In this document: in pieces, positions 1 to 13,762 of the stretch | How positions within the stretch are numbered: position 1 is the first letter of the stretch | Layout: every line of letters starts with the position of its first letter | NCBI RefSeq assembly: GCF_036321535.1 | Contig: NC_087437.1 | Coordinates: forward strand, 34,040,001 to 34,104,000 | Reading direction: 5' to 3' | Source of the DNA: Camelus dromedarius | Taxonomy: Eukaryota | DNA: 64,000 nucleotides | Notes under the pieces: generated by a model | What the model saw: only the letters and a program-made list of their open reading frames with translations | Databases searched by the model: none | What the model was told of the DNA's origin: nothing | Position numbers and translations under genes: made by a program

Positions 1-3000
1 TTTGGCCCATTTCTCCTGCAAACAGTGACTTTCAAAAAAAAAAAGTACTGGATATAGAGTTCACAGCCACAGTAGTTCCCTAACGAGGAGTGTGCGTTTG
101 CGTGTGGACTTCTGTTTGTCTGCTTCTTGCATCAAAACATCCTCCAGCTGTGGGCCTTTTCCTCCTCTGTATGTAAAGCCAGTAAACAAAACCCAAAGCC
201 ATGGGAAAAGCGTAGACAGAGCAGCAGAAAGGAACGTCCTCTTTTGTGAAAAAGCCCGCCACTGGCGGAATTTTAAAGAAAAGTTGATGGATCTTTTTCT
301 CTCGCCTATATTAATAGAACAAAGTGCCGATCCTGGGGCAGTGGGTCCTTCTCTGTGTTGGAAATAAATTTCATTCTTGTTCTAGGGTTTTTCCCTGAAG
401 ATGAGACTCTTACATCTGATTTTAAGAAATGATTGGTTATGGGAAAAGGCAGGCGGGTGGGGTGGGCAAAGCAAGCATCTGTCTTACAGGTTAGCTTTTA
501 AATTATACTGTTTAGTTTTGTCATGGGATACACCCGGCTTTTAACTCACCAGTGAAGTCTGTGAGGCTGGGCTTTTGCATCTATTTTTATCCCGTACACT
601 CTACCCTGGTTCAGAATAAGGTTGCTGGATTCCTCGCAGAACTCCTGTCCACACTCAGCCCTGGACGGGGGAGTTGGGAAGTTGAATCAGCTTTTTCTTG
701 ATTGGGGGTCGGAAAGGTACTGGGGAGAGGAACTTGGGGAGAGGAATCTAGACAAGATCAAAGGTGACAGCAGACGTGGGAAGGCTGGACTCTCCACCAG
801 CCGAGTGTCAGAGCAGAGGGAGCCTCAGAGGACAGCAGCCGCCCCTGTGCCAGAGCACAGGACAGACGGGGAGGCCAGGCGGGGCGGTGTCTCTGGGACA
901 GAGGGGGCCAAGGTCACCGCACGGCCAGACACAGACTCTTAGCTGGCTCTCCATGGCAGCATGAGCGGCCACCAGGGTTCTGGACAACTTCAGCCTATCA
1001 GGATTCATGGGAGGTTATTTCTTAAGTGAAATTCTAAAGAGTTAAAGGATGAATTTGGACAGTGATGGAATGGATGACATCATCAGTCAAGAATCCCCAT
1101 TGGATATGGAGGGGAATTATAAAAAGGTAAGGGGAGAGAGCTCTTTTGTTTGTAAACAATCGGACCATTTTTCTAACGGGGAGAAAGATCACCCTTGAGG
1201 AGTGGCCAAATTCCACACTCAGTGGCCCTTGCCGTAATATATTCAGGAAAGCTGAATGCACAGAATCAAATGCATTGAGCTGGGACAGTTCTTTCTACTT
1301 TCCCCAGCTTGTATTCATTAATATATTATAGCAGTAACTGGAAGACACATGCTATTATTCTGAAGTTGAAAAAAAAAATCTGTGATGCAGTAGTTTGTAA
1401 GCAGGCTTTTTATGTAAAGGAATAGTTTTAAAATTATTGACATGTTGACAGCTTACCTGCAAGAAACAATTACTAGCATGTGTAATCTATCTAAGTTTGA
1501 CCTTATGAAAAATACAAAGTTTTACTAAGAGAAGTGTGAAATTTTAAAAAAATTGTTACCATGTCTGCTAATTCTTTGCTTGCCTTTTTATTTGGGAAAG
1601 TCAGTAAATATATTTTTGGTATGTTTTATATGGTCATTGTCTGGTAATAACAGGCCCAAGAAAAAATAACTTTAGTTACATGGGTGAGGTCGTGAGATTA
1701 AACTACGAGTATATGCTTGTCTGTCCACAGAAGGCTAAACACTACGTCCACCCACCTTATTATTTTCCATAAGTCAAGTGTGGGTCACAACACAGCACAG
1801 TATGAAGAATTAGGGCCCTTCCATCATGGACTGGAAAGAAAGACCTCTTTTCTCTCAGAGGCCAATATCCTAAAACAGTAAAACCTGCTCCTAAAATTTT
1901 AATTTGATCAAATATGTCACTAACTTTTTTCCCCCTAGATTGAGATGGAAACTTCTATTTTGATAGCGCTTTAAGAATAATAATGTAAAATATGGCAGTT
2001 TAGATCTTATAGCCATAATTATGTGTGAGTATGGGGGCTGTTTTAAGTATATACTTTCTTAGAGCAATTTGCAATAGTTTTTGTTCTTTCTCCAGAAGCT
2101 GACATTTAAATATGGTTTGAGTGACCTGCCACGTTGCTCTGCATGCTTTTTGTCCCTTGTGATCCCTGAGAAGGAAGTGAGGGCCCAAGGGGATTAGTGC
2201 TCAGAGTCCTGAAATCCTAACACCTCTCCGATGTCCCCTCCTGCTGGAAGTGTGTGTACAAAAGATACTTGGGACCCTCAGTAATCAGAGTCCGTCACTT
2301 ACCCCGCCCAGTAGAACAAGTGCACGGTTCTCATCCCGCCTCTTTCTTCAGTGCCCAAGGCTGGTCACGGTTTTCCTTGTCACAGCGTTTCTCAGAGAGG
2401 AAAGTGTAGGTCAGTTGGCACTTAGGAAAAGTGAAAGCCATGCCATTGCTAATGCAATGACAATAAAGTAATGCCCACTATAGTTTTATCCTACTTAGAA
2501 ACAGGGAGCCCAGATGCCTGGAATGACTGAGTGATGATACGCTGGCAACCTGATACGGCGCTGACTAAAGGGACAAACATGTTAAGGCTCAAGTAGCTTT
2601 AAAACATCAACAACAACAGCACAGAGCTGCGCTGTGCAGCCCTCTATCCCACTAAGGTGGGGGAGGCCACGTGTGGCTTCGGGAGAAGTGCTGTCTGCCA
2701 GGTTAGTACAGAAGACCACTGGATGAGACTTCTAGATGTGTAGGATGCCCGGACACCAGTCTGCATTGTTCTGGACCCTCAACATGGAAGCTGTTCTCTT
2801 GTCATTTCAGCTTTCTAACTGCCTTTCTCAGGCAATGTGCTTTCAAATATATGCATATCATGCATAACAGGCTCCATTTTGCTAAAAAAAAAAAAAAGCA
2901 CTGTTGACCATTTCAGTAAGAACTTCTAGTAAAACAAGGCCTCATATATTTTCTTCAAAATACAAAGAATAGGAAAACAATGACCTAATATAAAAATTAC

Positions 3001-3234
3001 TTTTCCTAATTAGCATCTTCCTTTTCTAAGTTGGTTTTTTCCTCTAATGTTTTTGCTGTTTGCTTGACTAAGTAGAAAATTAAATTAGATGCCATAAAGC
3101 AGTGGTCTGCACGCTTTTTTGATCTCATATCCATCAATAAAATGTTTTTGAGCCCATGCCTCTAACATACATATATTTTATTCATAAATTACACATATAT
3201 ACCACTATAAAAATATGTATGTATAAAACATATA

Positions 3235-3568
3235 CAGTCATCTCTTGGTGTCCACAGGGGATCCAGGACCCCCACAGATACCAAAATCCCATGATGTTCA
3301 AGTCTCTTATATAAAATGATGTGGTGTTTGCACATAATCCACACACATCCTCCAGTATATTTTAAATAATCTTTAGATTACTTATAATACCTGCTACAGT
3401 GTAAATGCTATGTAAATAATTGTGAAAAACAATGTAAATGCTATGTAGATAGTTGCTGGATGGATGGTAAATTCATGTTTTACTTCCTGGAATTTTTTTC
3501 CAAACACTTTCAGTCTGTGGTTGGTTGAATCTGCAGATGTGGAACCCACAGATATTGTGGGCTGACTG
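3235..3568 (+). mobile_element. MER2-like TcMar-Tigger non-autonomous DNA transposon
   Basis: TA|CAGTCATCTC...GGGCTGACTG termini; internal ccaggacccccacagataccaaaatcc and tagattacttataatacct match the recalled MER2 consensus. Confidence 0.85.
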
Positions 3569-5194
3569 CATACAAATAGATATTTTTTAGAATAAGATGT
3601 TTAAAATATAAATAAAAATAAAAGTTTTAATAATTTCTTCTTTCCCATTCTGTCACTTTGAGGTCAATTATCCAAAACAGTTGGAAAATTGATATATCCC
3701 TGCCTGGGTACAATGGAATTTCCTATACCAGTTGCACTCATAAATGTCACATGCATTAGGGATTATTTTACAAGATCGTTTTAAAGTCAGACAAACAGCC
3801 TTCAGGGGAAAGGTCACTTTACAATAACTAGAATTAGATTCCACCCAGGCAAAGGAAGGAAAAGAGTACGTATCTGTTCTGTTTCCTTGGGGAAGGTCCT
3901 GATGGTAAGAAAGATGTTTCATTGAGGATCTCTGGTTATTCAGTAATAGTAGTAAAACTGAACTCAACAGAAAACACATCTTAGTATCTAAGACAGAAAG
4001 TCTGCACCTTGGCAGAGTCTGAGGTGTGACTGTTCGGCCTGTTACAGCCTTGCCTTGCTCTGAGCAACCTCTGACCCTCTGGTCACACAGCCCATTGTCT
4101 TCAGGACACGGAGGCACAGAGCCTGCCGGTCACCATCCTTCAGCCATCATCGCCAAGACCCCTCCTGTGTCCCTGGCATTGTGTTCAGGGGCCAGGATCC
4201 CAGAAGAGAGGCTGGGCTTTCCCTCAGTGAGCTTACAGCCCACGTGGGGAGGCACAAAAACAAGCAAGCTGCCTTGGAATTGATCCTGCCTAGAAGAGCG
4301 ATGAGACAGTCAGCATGGACCTAGAAAACACGCAGCCTGGGCCATCTCAGGGCTGGGGAAAGATCCCAATTATACCAGTGGAGAGAGAGGAAGGAAATCG
4401 AGAAAACTCCACATGAAATACAGCAGAAGGCTGGCTCCCACTCCGTCCCAGAGCAAGGCAAACACAGGGAAACCAGCCTTGCCCTCTCTCCCCAGCAGAA
4501 GGAGCCTTGGGCAGGGCATGTGTGGTCGGAGGTTGGGAAAGCCGGCTCGTCTTGGCTTTGTCTCTCTGAGGTGCTGTCTCTAGTGCAGTGCATCCAATTA
4601 TGGTGAAAGATTAGGGAGGAGCCTGTGAAAAAATTAAAAGGCTGGAAGGAACAATATTTAAAGTGAAGCCCCAGCTGCGCCTCATGTTTTTTTAAAAAGG
4701 TGAATGGAAATGACTGCTTGGGATAAACTGCCATAAACAGGAACCCAGAATGCCATCTGCCGTTCCAGACAAGCGCTCTGCCCTCCCCACACAATTACGG
4801 AGGAAAAGCAGCCGCCGACCTCCATTAACCCTCGCGTCCTCCTGTCTGTAAGGGCTGAACACGCCTGAAGAACTCTGTTAAGTTATTGAGCCCTGGCGCC
4901 CAGCCCCACCTCAGCCCCCTGGGGACACTCTCTTCCACTTTCTGGGCCAGAGTCTTCCTTTTCTTTCCGGGGAGGAGTTGGCTGGGTTGGTTTTAGGTTT
5001 TGTAAATATGAAGCCTCTTGGCTCCTGGTTTGAGCTCCCTTGCATCACAGCCAGATCGGTACATCTTGGTGAGCCAGCATGGTCAGGGAGTGGTTTCTTC
5101 CGAATAACTAGATTTTCCGGCTATGTGGTATGTGAAGTATATCTCAATTTAAAAAATAAGCCCCCCACACACATTTTGGGAGGAGGGTGCGGTT

Positions 5195-5440
5195 TATTTT
5201 TTTATTTGAGATATAATTCACGTACCATGAGATTCACCATTTCAGTGTACCCTTTGATGGGTTTTAGTATATTGATATGGTTGTAAAAACCATGACTATC
5301 TAATTCCAGAACATTTTCATCAGCCCCACCACAAGAAAAACCTTGCAGCCATTAGCAATTGCTCCCCATTCCCACCTCCCTCCACAACCATTAATCTGCT
5401 GTCTGTCTTTATGGATTTGCCTGTTCTGGACATTTCTGCC
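5195..5440 (-). mobile_element. Old L1M 3'-end fragment
   Basis: tttatttgagatataattcacgtaccat...ttccagaacattttcatc...gatttgcctgttctggacattt is typical antisense L1MA/MB 3' UTR. Confidence 0.75.
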
Positions 5441-5499
5441 TCTCTTTTATCCCTTTCTCCACTCTTCTCAGCAGCTGACCCCACCCTCCCTTTAATATT

Positions 5500-5715
5500 A
5501 GCAACAGCTACTATTTAATGAGTTTCTCTCTGTGCCAAGCACTTTCTGTATAGTATTTTATTTAATCCTTAAACTAACCTAAAAAATAGGTACCTTTATC
5601 TCTTTTTTCAGAAAAAGAAACTGGGGCTTGAAGCGTTTCTGTAACTCGCACTAAGTGTCCGAGTCAAGATGCTAACTTCAGTCTTCTTGACCCTGAATGC
5701 CCTGCTCTCTGTTCT
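5500..5715 (-). mobile_element. MIR SINE
   Basis: tgtgccaagcact...tttaatcct...cagaaaaagaaactggggctt, MIR core. Confidence 0.65.
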
Positions 5716-7476
5716 GGTCACACACCTGTCTATGTCCGGCTCTCCTAGATCCTCAGTCCACCCTGACGTGGGAGATGGAGGATACCAGCTTCCTGGCAGT
5801 TGATTGCTGTTTGGCTGTTTCATAACCATGTAGAGGGTGTTTTGGATGGTTGTGTTCTGACAGTGATACGGAATGACGAGATGGCTTTACAGATTTGTAA
5901 AGTGGCACCTGTTAAAAATAGTCCCCAGATAACACTGTTCTGTGTTAAAGTCTCTGGAGGCAGTCAGCTGAGAACCTGAAAGAGCTCAGGGTGCGCCCAG
6001 CAGTTCACATTTTGGATATGCTGCTCAGAGGGGAGAAAACTCGAGTTTTCACATGGATCCCTTTGGGATTTAATGTTGAAGCACTCCCACCATGTTTTTG
6101 TGGTCGTCTTTGTGGATTGCACCTTGGGCTCCTTTACCTCCACCACGTTTCCCATTCAGCCAGGAAGTGGCTAATGGACTTCAGTCCCAGCTGTTTGTTA
6201 AATACCTTTGCTCCGGTCCTTAGCAGTTAGAAACTCAAGTCTTAGGGAGTCTGCGTGACGGCACTTCCATCTGCCTGTGTTTATTTATGTCCTCTCTCTG
6301 TAGCTCGAGGACAAGGAATGCAGTCAACAGGCAAAACCATCCTCGGGGTTAACTAATTGTAAACAGGCATCTCCATCCTCTGGCCTGGCATGCCAATATT
6401 CTTGATGTTGGTGGATTCTTAAGTAAAACAGCTGTCAGAGGACCCTCCTTGGATGCCGGTCCTGGCCTTTAGGTATCCAAGGCCAGCTCCCCCAGGAGGA
6501 CTGATGCTGAGCACGCCGAACCCAGGCCTCAACATTGCCCGACAGCCCAGCCTGACCCCTAGTCCAGAGGACTTGTTTAGGCAGATGGGTACAAGGATGC
6601 AGTGATAAGAGATTTCAACCGCATTTCTGGAAACCCTTCTGGACTGTTGAGTGTAAGTATCTGAAGTGGAAAATACCAGAAAGACAAACTAAAAACAGAC
6701 AATCTAAAAACAGACAATATCCATTCGGTGATACCATGGAAAGATACTAGGTTATTTAGCTTATTATTTCCACTGATAATTGAAAAGCTCCTCCCAGGGG
6801 ATGAAATAAGATGCAAGAACTTGAAATAACCTGCACAGAGCAAGGATTTCTTCCCCTGACATTCAAAAGCATGCAATCTATATTCTTACAGGATTCCGTT
6901 TTCATATTTTGCTCTTGTGACAAACCCCTGGTTGTCTCATTGAGAAAATAATTAGGAAGTACCACCAGTATATTTTGGGTTTTCTTTTTTATTTTTTTGT
7001 TGTTGTTGTTTTAAAGAAAATTAATAAAATTGACCTAATTAGCAAATAAGTTCTGTCCTTCCAGTTCCTCGTGTTTAAAAGCCTCAGACTCCTCCACACT
7101 GGAATGCTGCCTATAAATGTTGGAGTAAAGATGTCTTTCTTAAGCCGAGGAAAGAAATAAGAGTGTCTACCATTCTCCTAAAGGAAGAGATCTTTTCCAC
7201 AGGGAGCTCCAGCATCCCAGTCACATTCCCTGGTGGATGCAGCTAATGGCCATGTTGCCAGATATCACCGGACAATAGATTTCACCGAAGCCAGGGGATC
7301 AGTAATTGCTTCAAAACAGGCATCCTGGCAAGGCCTTGGCAGAGGCCAGGCGGCTACAAATGAGAAGCACCTGGATGCAGAGTCTGGCCATTCCGTATGC
7401 AACAGATCTGTGTTCAATTAAAGAACCACCTCTGTGTTTCATCCAGTTCCCTTGATCTGTTCAGATGTTTAAAGCC

Positions 7477-7630
7477 ATGGTTCTCAAAGTGCTTGAACCA
7501 GCATTGTCTGGGGACTGGTTAGAAATGCGCTTTCTCGGCCCCGCCCCAGAACTTCTGAATCAGAAACATACTCTATGGTTCTGCAAGCCGTCCGGGGGAT
7601 TCTCATGCATAATCAAGTGTGAGCACTACC
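7477..7630. mobile_element. MER5A-like hAT-Charlie MITE
   Basis: atggttctcaaagtg...gttagaaatgc...ccccgccccaga...tgaatcagaa...attctcatgca. Confidence 0.75.
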
Positions 7631-7999
7631 GGTTGAAAGAAATTTGTGACGAGAGACAGGGCCATGCTGTGCGTGCAGCCACCTATGCAGTTCTCCACTT
7701 GGCACGGCGGGGCCACAGCGACCTCCCTACACCCGAAGCTCCTTCCTGGGCCTGGGGGACCAGAGTATTACTCCTGAGCTCCTGGGATGGTGCAGCCCCC
7801 ATCCCGTAGGAAGTTCTTCCTCAGTGGCACATTGCTTTCCTTTTTCCCATTGGTGGAAAATGCTTACATCACTGCTCTAACGCATTTCCTAAGGCCTGTG
7901 TGTGACACCCAGGTAGAAGATGGGGAAAGAACGTTCAAGCTCCAGAGGCTTCTTCAAGAGAGGGAGAGAGGACCAGGTGTGAGACAGCTCACCCCTCAC

Positions 8000-8095
8000 A
8001 ACTCCTGCGGCTTGTTGGGAATGCAGGGTCTCAGGCCCGGCCCCTGAATCAGAATCTGCATTTTAACAAAATTCCCTGGGTGAGCACGGACTGAG
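8000..8095. mobile_element. MER5A-like fragment
   Basis: gaatgcagggtctcaggccc...tgaatcagaatctgcattttaacaaaattccc. Confidence 0.6.
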
Positions 8096-9527
8096 GTAAC
8101 AACTTCAGCATGGCAGAAGGGAGGCTGCTGGCAGGGGTGTCTTCCAGGATTGGGAGTGAATTGAGGCCTGAGACAGCATCGTAGATCAAACACATCCAAT
8201 AACAGCAGGCGATTGCAGTTCCCTTGGAGAACAGGTGAAAGGAAGAAATAGTGGCGCTGGGGAGGAGGGGACAAGATGGAAGGCAGGAGTCTGGGGGAGA
8301 CATTTCCCTTTCCCACAACTGAACCCTGTCCAGGCCCAGGTCGCTGCTGCACCCAAGCTGACACCTGCCTTTATCCCCACAGCACCACTGTGCCACTCAC
8401 ATTTGCTGGGCCCCCTGAGTCCCTCAGCCAAGCTTCCTTCAATATCTTCCTCCTTTGGGGAGTTGAAGGAACCCCTTCGTCTTGGTCAGACAGGCCCTTT
8501 CCTGTCCGTGCAGGGATGAGCATCTGTGCAGGAGTTAGAAGGAAGCAGCTGTTTGCAGTGTCCTGAGCACCAGCTGGCTTTAGATTTAGGCTCCCGATGA
8601 GATTTCCCAAAGTGTGCTGAGAACCCTAACGCCCCGCAGCTGCCCCCATGAATAGTTTGTCAATTAGATTTTAGCAATGCAGAAGATACCCAATCTTCTG
8701 CTTATAAATGTATAAGACTAGCGTGTGAAAGATGAGGTGGCCCTGCTGCAGAGACCAGAGACACCAGGATGCTGCGAGCAAGATGAACTGGGCCAGAGGG
8801 ACGAAGGCAGGACGGGAGGAGGGGCTCAGGAGTGGTAACCGGTGTCTAAGGGACAGGGACACACCACATCCCAAAGGTAGTAGGGAAAAGACCTGGGGAC
8901 ATACCAGATTCAGAGACGAATGCTATCTACCAAAGCAGAACGTTGGCTTTTTTGTTTCTTTTACCACACACCCTTCTTGGTTCTTGTCAAGTTTGGGCAA
9001 TTGCGGCAGAACAGTGGCGCGGTGGGAAAGGCTGGTGGGCAGCGTTCGGGGTCGGGAAGTGCTCCGCGGTCTGTGTTCAGAGATCATGGCTCTCAGAGCG
9101 CCCTCGAAAGGCACTGTGAGCCTTACCTGCCCAGGCACAAGGCGTGGCAGCAGGGAATTCAACCACAGGCCAGGACAAACACTGCCTGTGGCTGGGCAAT
9201 GGGCTTGTGAGCGCACGTGACTTCTGATAATGGTCTCGCTAGCCTTTCTGTCTCAGTGATGGGCTGCTCTTCCCCAGGTGCCCTCGTGCTTGTTGCTAGC
9301 AATATCCATACTGGATGTTTTATTTTTGCTTTATGACAGTATTTCCCAAGGCTGTTTTCGGAATGGAAGTGGCTATGTTCGCCGTAAACACAGTCGAACA
9401 GTGTAGTTTTGAGTCAGCCCTTTTCCTTCCCTGGTTCTCACCCTGGGGCAGCTTTGGGCTTTGGGGGATTGGAGGCCATAATTGCCCTGCAAGTGTAATT
9501 CCTTAGAGGACAGAAGAACTTTGAAAC

Positions 9528-9552
9528 CACACACACACACACACACACACAC
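9528..9552. repeat. (CA)n microsatellite
   Basis: About 12 perfect CA units. Confidence 0.95.
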
Positions 9553-10164
9553 TTTATACGTGTGGGCAACTGGAAGGAAATCAGGTTCCAGTTGTTGAAT
9601 TTTAAGATGTAAACTGTTTTACTAGTCAGTTGAATCACAGTTACTTGAAGTGTTAGGAATCACATTTGTTTCAAAAGGAAGATTGAGCACTGGGGTCAAG
9701 TAGCGTGGCTCTGAAGAGAAGGTGTTTGTGTAAATATTTGTGGTTATAATTAGGCCTGTGGTGTGTATGTTGTGCAGTTAAGTGTTTCTCCTTTTCTGAG
9801 AAAGCATCACATCCATCTCAGGAAAGAAATAGATCCGTCACTAAGTCCCATATCTTATCTCCAATGTGATGTCTGCTATTACCAGCCCGGACACCTTACT
9901 CAGCGATGTGGAGGAGTCGTGTGGAAGAGGGGCAGGAAGATCTAGCACCAAAAAGATGGACTTGACTCCTATCTCCTCTGTCTAACAGTGGGGTGACCTT
10001 CCTTCACCCTCCTTCGCCTTCATCTCCAGAGCAGGAATGTGGGGGGATTAATCGTGACAATTACCATCTATCGCAGATTTACATCACCGTGGCCCGGGTA
10101 CTGCTACTAAGCCATTGACATAAGTGTCCTCATTTGGTCCCACCCACATCAAGTGAGATGCTTT

Positions 10165-10975
10165 ACCTCTGGACTGGGAAGGGCTTTCTAAGCACAGAGC
10201 CAGCAGACACTTCAGAGGAAGCACTGACTTAACTATATAATAACACTTAGATTTAAAATTCAAAAGAACTAATCAGATGCTTAATATAAAATTTTCAAAA
10301 CTATCACACCTTTACAGAATAATAAGCAAAGCTTAGAGAAAAGCAAGTACATTAACTGAAAAAAATGAAATATTTAATCTCACTGGTACGCAAAGAAATT
10401 AAAATAAAAAGAATAGCACTTTGGGCTGATCATATTAAAACCAATAGCACTCTTTTTTTAACATGGAAATACTCACTGTGAGCCAGGATATAGTGGGAGC
10501 TGCACCCTTTTATGTTGCTGGTGGGCATGTAAATTGGAACAGATTTTCTCTCCAGCAATGTGACAGAATGCGTCAAGAGCCTCAACAAATGTTCACACTC
10601 AGCTGATCTGTTAATTCCACTTCCAGGAACTTATCCTGAGGAGATAATCAGACATGTGGGCAGGAATTTATGTAAAAATACTAACTTCTATGTAATTTTT
10701 ATTTGGATACAACCCAAATAGCTAACAATAGAACATAATTCTGTAGGAGAGAATGATGTGCATCCATTGAAAATTGTATTTGTGAAGAATTTTGTATGAA
10801 TGAGGGAAATTCTCAAAATATAATAAATGGTATGATCTTAATTTTATTAAAGAAAAAAGGGGAAAATACACACATAAGATAAAAAAAAACTAGAAGGAAA
10901 TATACCAAAATGTTAGCGATGATCTGTGTCTAAGTGGTGGGATTATGGTGACTTGTATATTCTTTAAGCTTTTCT
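10165..10975 (+). mobile_element. Old L1M (L1MC/ME-type) ORF2 end and 3' UTR fragment
   Basis: gggaagggctttctaagc, gctggtgggcatgtaaattgg, aattccacttccaggaacttatcctgaggagataatc, gaaggaaatataccaaaatgtta. Confidence 0.7.
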
Positions 10976-11709
10976 TATTTGTTCCGTGGGATCCAGACAA
11001 GAAGAGAAGGGGAAAGATTGTGTATTATAAAACAGTTCTCTTTAAACTGTTCATGAAGTGTTCCAGTATAAAAAAAATTGTAATTGGTGCAAATAGAAAT
11101 ATTTTTAAGGCTTTCTCCACTGTCTGTGGCTTTAGCGTACCAAGTAAACCAGGACAGACAGATGCAGAATCAAGGGTGCGTTCACACCTCCACACCTGAG
11201 ATAGGCGTCGTCTTTAAATAAAACCTCTTCTAGACCCCAGGCTAATGTTGGACAACATTAGTCATTAACACTCATGTTGTTATCCACTGATTTTATATTT
11301 GGAGATTTCATGCCACTCAACAGTGTTCTGACTGTAGGGGACATTGAGTGAGAATCTCTTTTTGTCTGTCACATGGATTGAGAAACAGGTTCACTGATGA
11401 CATTAAATCTGCCCCACAGATTTGGGGATTTTGAAATGAATTTGTTTAAAATAAAGATGTCAAGTGTGGTAGGTCTGTTTTGGCAGGACCATCCCCAGTA
11501 CCAGCCCTGCATATTTGAAGGGCGGGTTGCTTTAATTAAGGTTCCCAGCAGTATGGTTGCAAGTGATTAGTGAAATTAAAAGCAGTTCTCACTTCCCTTT
11601 ACAACCTCATGGTTACTTTCTCAGGGCTCATTGCTGCACTAGCCCAGCAACGACAAGAAATCAACATCACGTCTATATCTGTATAAAAACAGCATTTCAC
11701 CTTGTGGCT

Positions 11710-11712
<3 letters not shown>

Positions 11713-11740
<28 letters not shown>
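11713..11740. repeat. (AC)14 microsatellite
   Basis: Perfect AC run. Confidence 0.95.
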
Positions 11741-11934
11741 CCCACGCTCCTAGTATGACACAGTTCCATTGGCGTATGCCAGAATGGGGGCATATCTATA
11801 TAGATGGGTAGCTATAATTGCTAAGTATGAAAGTTGAAAGAATGCTTGTGGTATCTAAGAGTCTTTATTTTTATTTTTTTCAAGAATTTTTAAATGTTAG
11901 AGAAAACGAGAATAGAGATGAGCTTTCCTTGAAC

Positions 11935-12100
11935 TAGAAGTTCTCAAACCTGTTGAAACTGAGTATCTGGCACTAGTGCCCAGGGTGTGTATCTACACTT
12001 GGTCTTAGCCAAAAGGCTGAGAAGCGGTGGGAATGTGCATTTTAAAGTCTCTGCCGGAAATTCTGATGCTGACTATTGACGCTGACGTTTGGGAACCATT
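11935..12100. mobile_element. MER5-like hAT fragment
   Basis: gttctcaaac...gtgcattttaaag...attctgatgc...gtttgggaaccattg. Confidence 0.5.
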
Positions 12101-12139
12101 GTCTTAGCGGTGCTATCCTGTCATATATTTTATTCCGCC

Positions 12140-12295
12140 CTATCCAGTATGATACCCACCAGCCAGCTGTGGCTCTGGAGCTTTTGAATCACAGCTAGTA
12201 TGACTGAGGGACTGAACTTATCATTTTAATTAGTTAATTTTTAATTTGAATGTGCATAGCTACTTGTAGCTAGTAACTACCCTGTTAGAGCAGCC
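12140..12295. mobile_element. MER3-like hAT-Charlie MITE
   Basis: tccagtatg...ccaccagccagctgtggct...gctagtatgactgagggactgaa...tagctacttgtagctagtaactacc. Confidence 0.7.
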
Positions 12296-13275
12296 TTAAC
12301 CTACAGTCCACCGCCCTTCACCTGGGATGAGATGAAGCCATCTGTCAGCCCGCCCTTCCACTAGGTTGTGCATTTCATTACTCTGACACAGTGATGCTCG
12401 GATGAAGGCTCAGAGCTTTTACTGTAACTTCTAGGTGCTGGTAGCAGCAAATGTGGCTCCAGAACCTCCTACTGGGGGAGTCCAGGGCCATCGTGTGCTC
12501 CTTAGCCACACTCATTCACGTGAGCTGGGTTTTGTGATATAATTTGCTCTGCATAGTCTTCAGCCCCCTGCTCAGAACATCAAATGGTGCTTCTCACAGA
12601 CTTCCTCATCCCACAAAACTGAAAACCAAACTCTCATTCTCACCCCAGGATTTCTAACTCATTGTATTTGTTTTTTATCGTTTTATTTTTAACTAAGGAA
12701 ATCATGTTTAATCTTCTCTCCTGTTGTTTAAAGGGTTTAAAAGTTCAGCATGGTGAGTTTTTATGGGACTTTTATGGGAAGCCAAGTGTTGTAAACATAT
12801 CCACACTATCCCAGTAGTATAGTTTACCAAATCCTTTTCCTATGCACACCGACCTGACTTCCCTTCAAAATATGAAACAGATGGGTCCAATTAGAATCCT
12901 CCAGCTATTCCAGGCACTATGTTAGGGTTTCTCAGAATCCAAACCCGGTGAGATCAGGATAACTCTTGAACAGAAACATCACGACTGTAAGCTGGGTGGA
13001 GGTAGGGGCCGTGTCTATCCATCCTGGGCTGTGTTCCGGCATCACAGCGCAGCTCCTGCCTCTCCCAAAGGCTTGGTACATGTTGGTTGAGTGAATTGAT
13101 GTTCTTGCCACAGAGAAAGTGGACTGAAGGGACAATGTAAGAGAGAGAAGACAAGATCCAGAGAAAGGCCACATTTGGGATAAAGGTGATTTGATTTAGG
13201 ACAAAGTGCTTGCCCTCCACGACTACTCTGTCACATCTAGCACGTAAGAAGAAGATTATAACACATAATAATCTA

Positions 13276-13492
13276 CAGGTGACCCTTTGACAGCCCCCCA
13301 GGGTTAGGGGTGCCGATCCTCCACGCATTCGAAAATCTGCCTATAACTTATAGTTGGACCTCGTATATGTGGTTCCCCATCCGCAGATTCAACCAATCAG
13401 GGATCGTGTAGCACTGTAATATTTATTATTGAAAAAAATCTGCTCTAAATGGACCTGAGCGGTTCAAGCCTGTGTTGTTCAAGGGTCAGCTG
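13276..13492. mobile_element. Tigger2a-type MITE (TcMar-Tigger)
   Basis: TIRs TA|caggtgaccctttgaca and tgttcaagggtcagctg; internal gggttaggggtgccgatcc and gattcaaccaa. Confidence 0.85.
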
Positions 13493-13762
13493 TGGTTCTC
13501 ACCTGGTGAAGGTCAGTTAGTACCATGATGGTAATTTCTGAGACTAGTGAAGGGCTCTGGAGAATTGAAATTGCTCACAGAGGTGGAATCAGGAAAGACT
13601 GGTTTAATTTCAGCTCATAATAATTCAGATGCTTTTGTGCTGTGACCTGTTTATTTTTTTGTTGTCTAATATTACAGTTCTAAGAAACTTAGCAGTTAAA
13701 ATGCCTATGATTGTGCTGTATCTGCCTGCTTATCGGCATGTTTTATTTTCCTGAAATTTTAG

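Noticed and set aside
7787..9220. Cluster of overlapping ORFs
   Set aside because: GC-richer intronic sequence partly in MER5A; no coherent protein or splice pattern.
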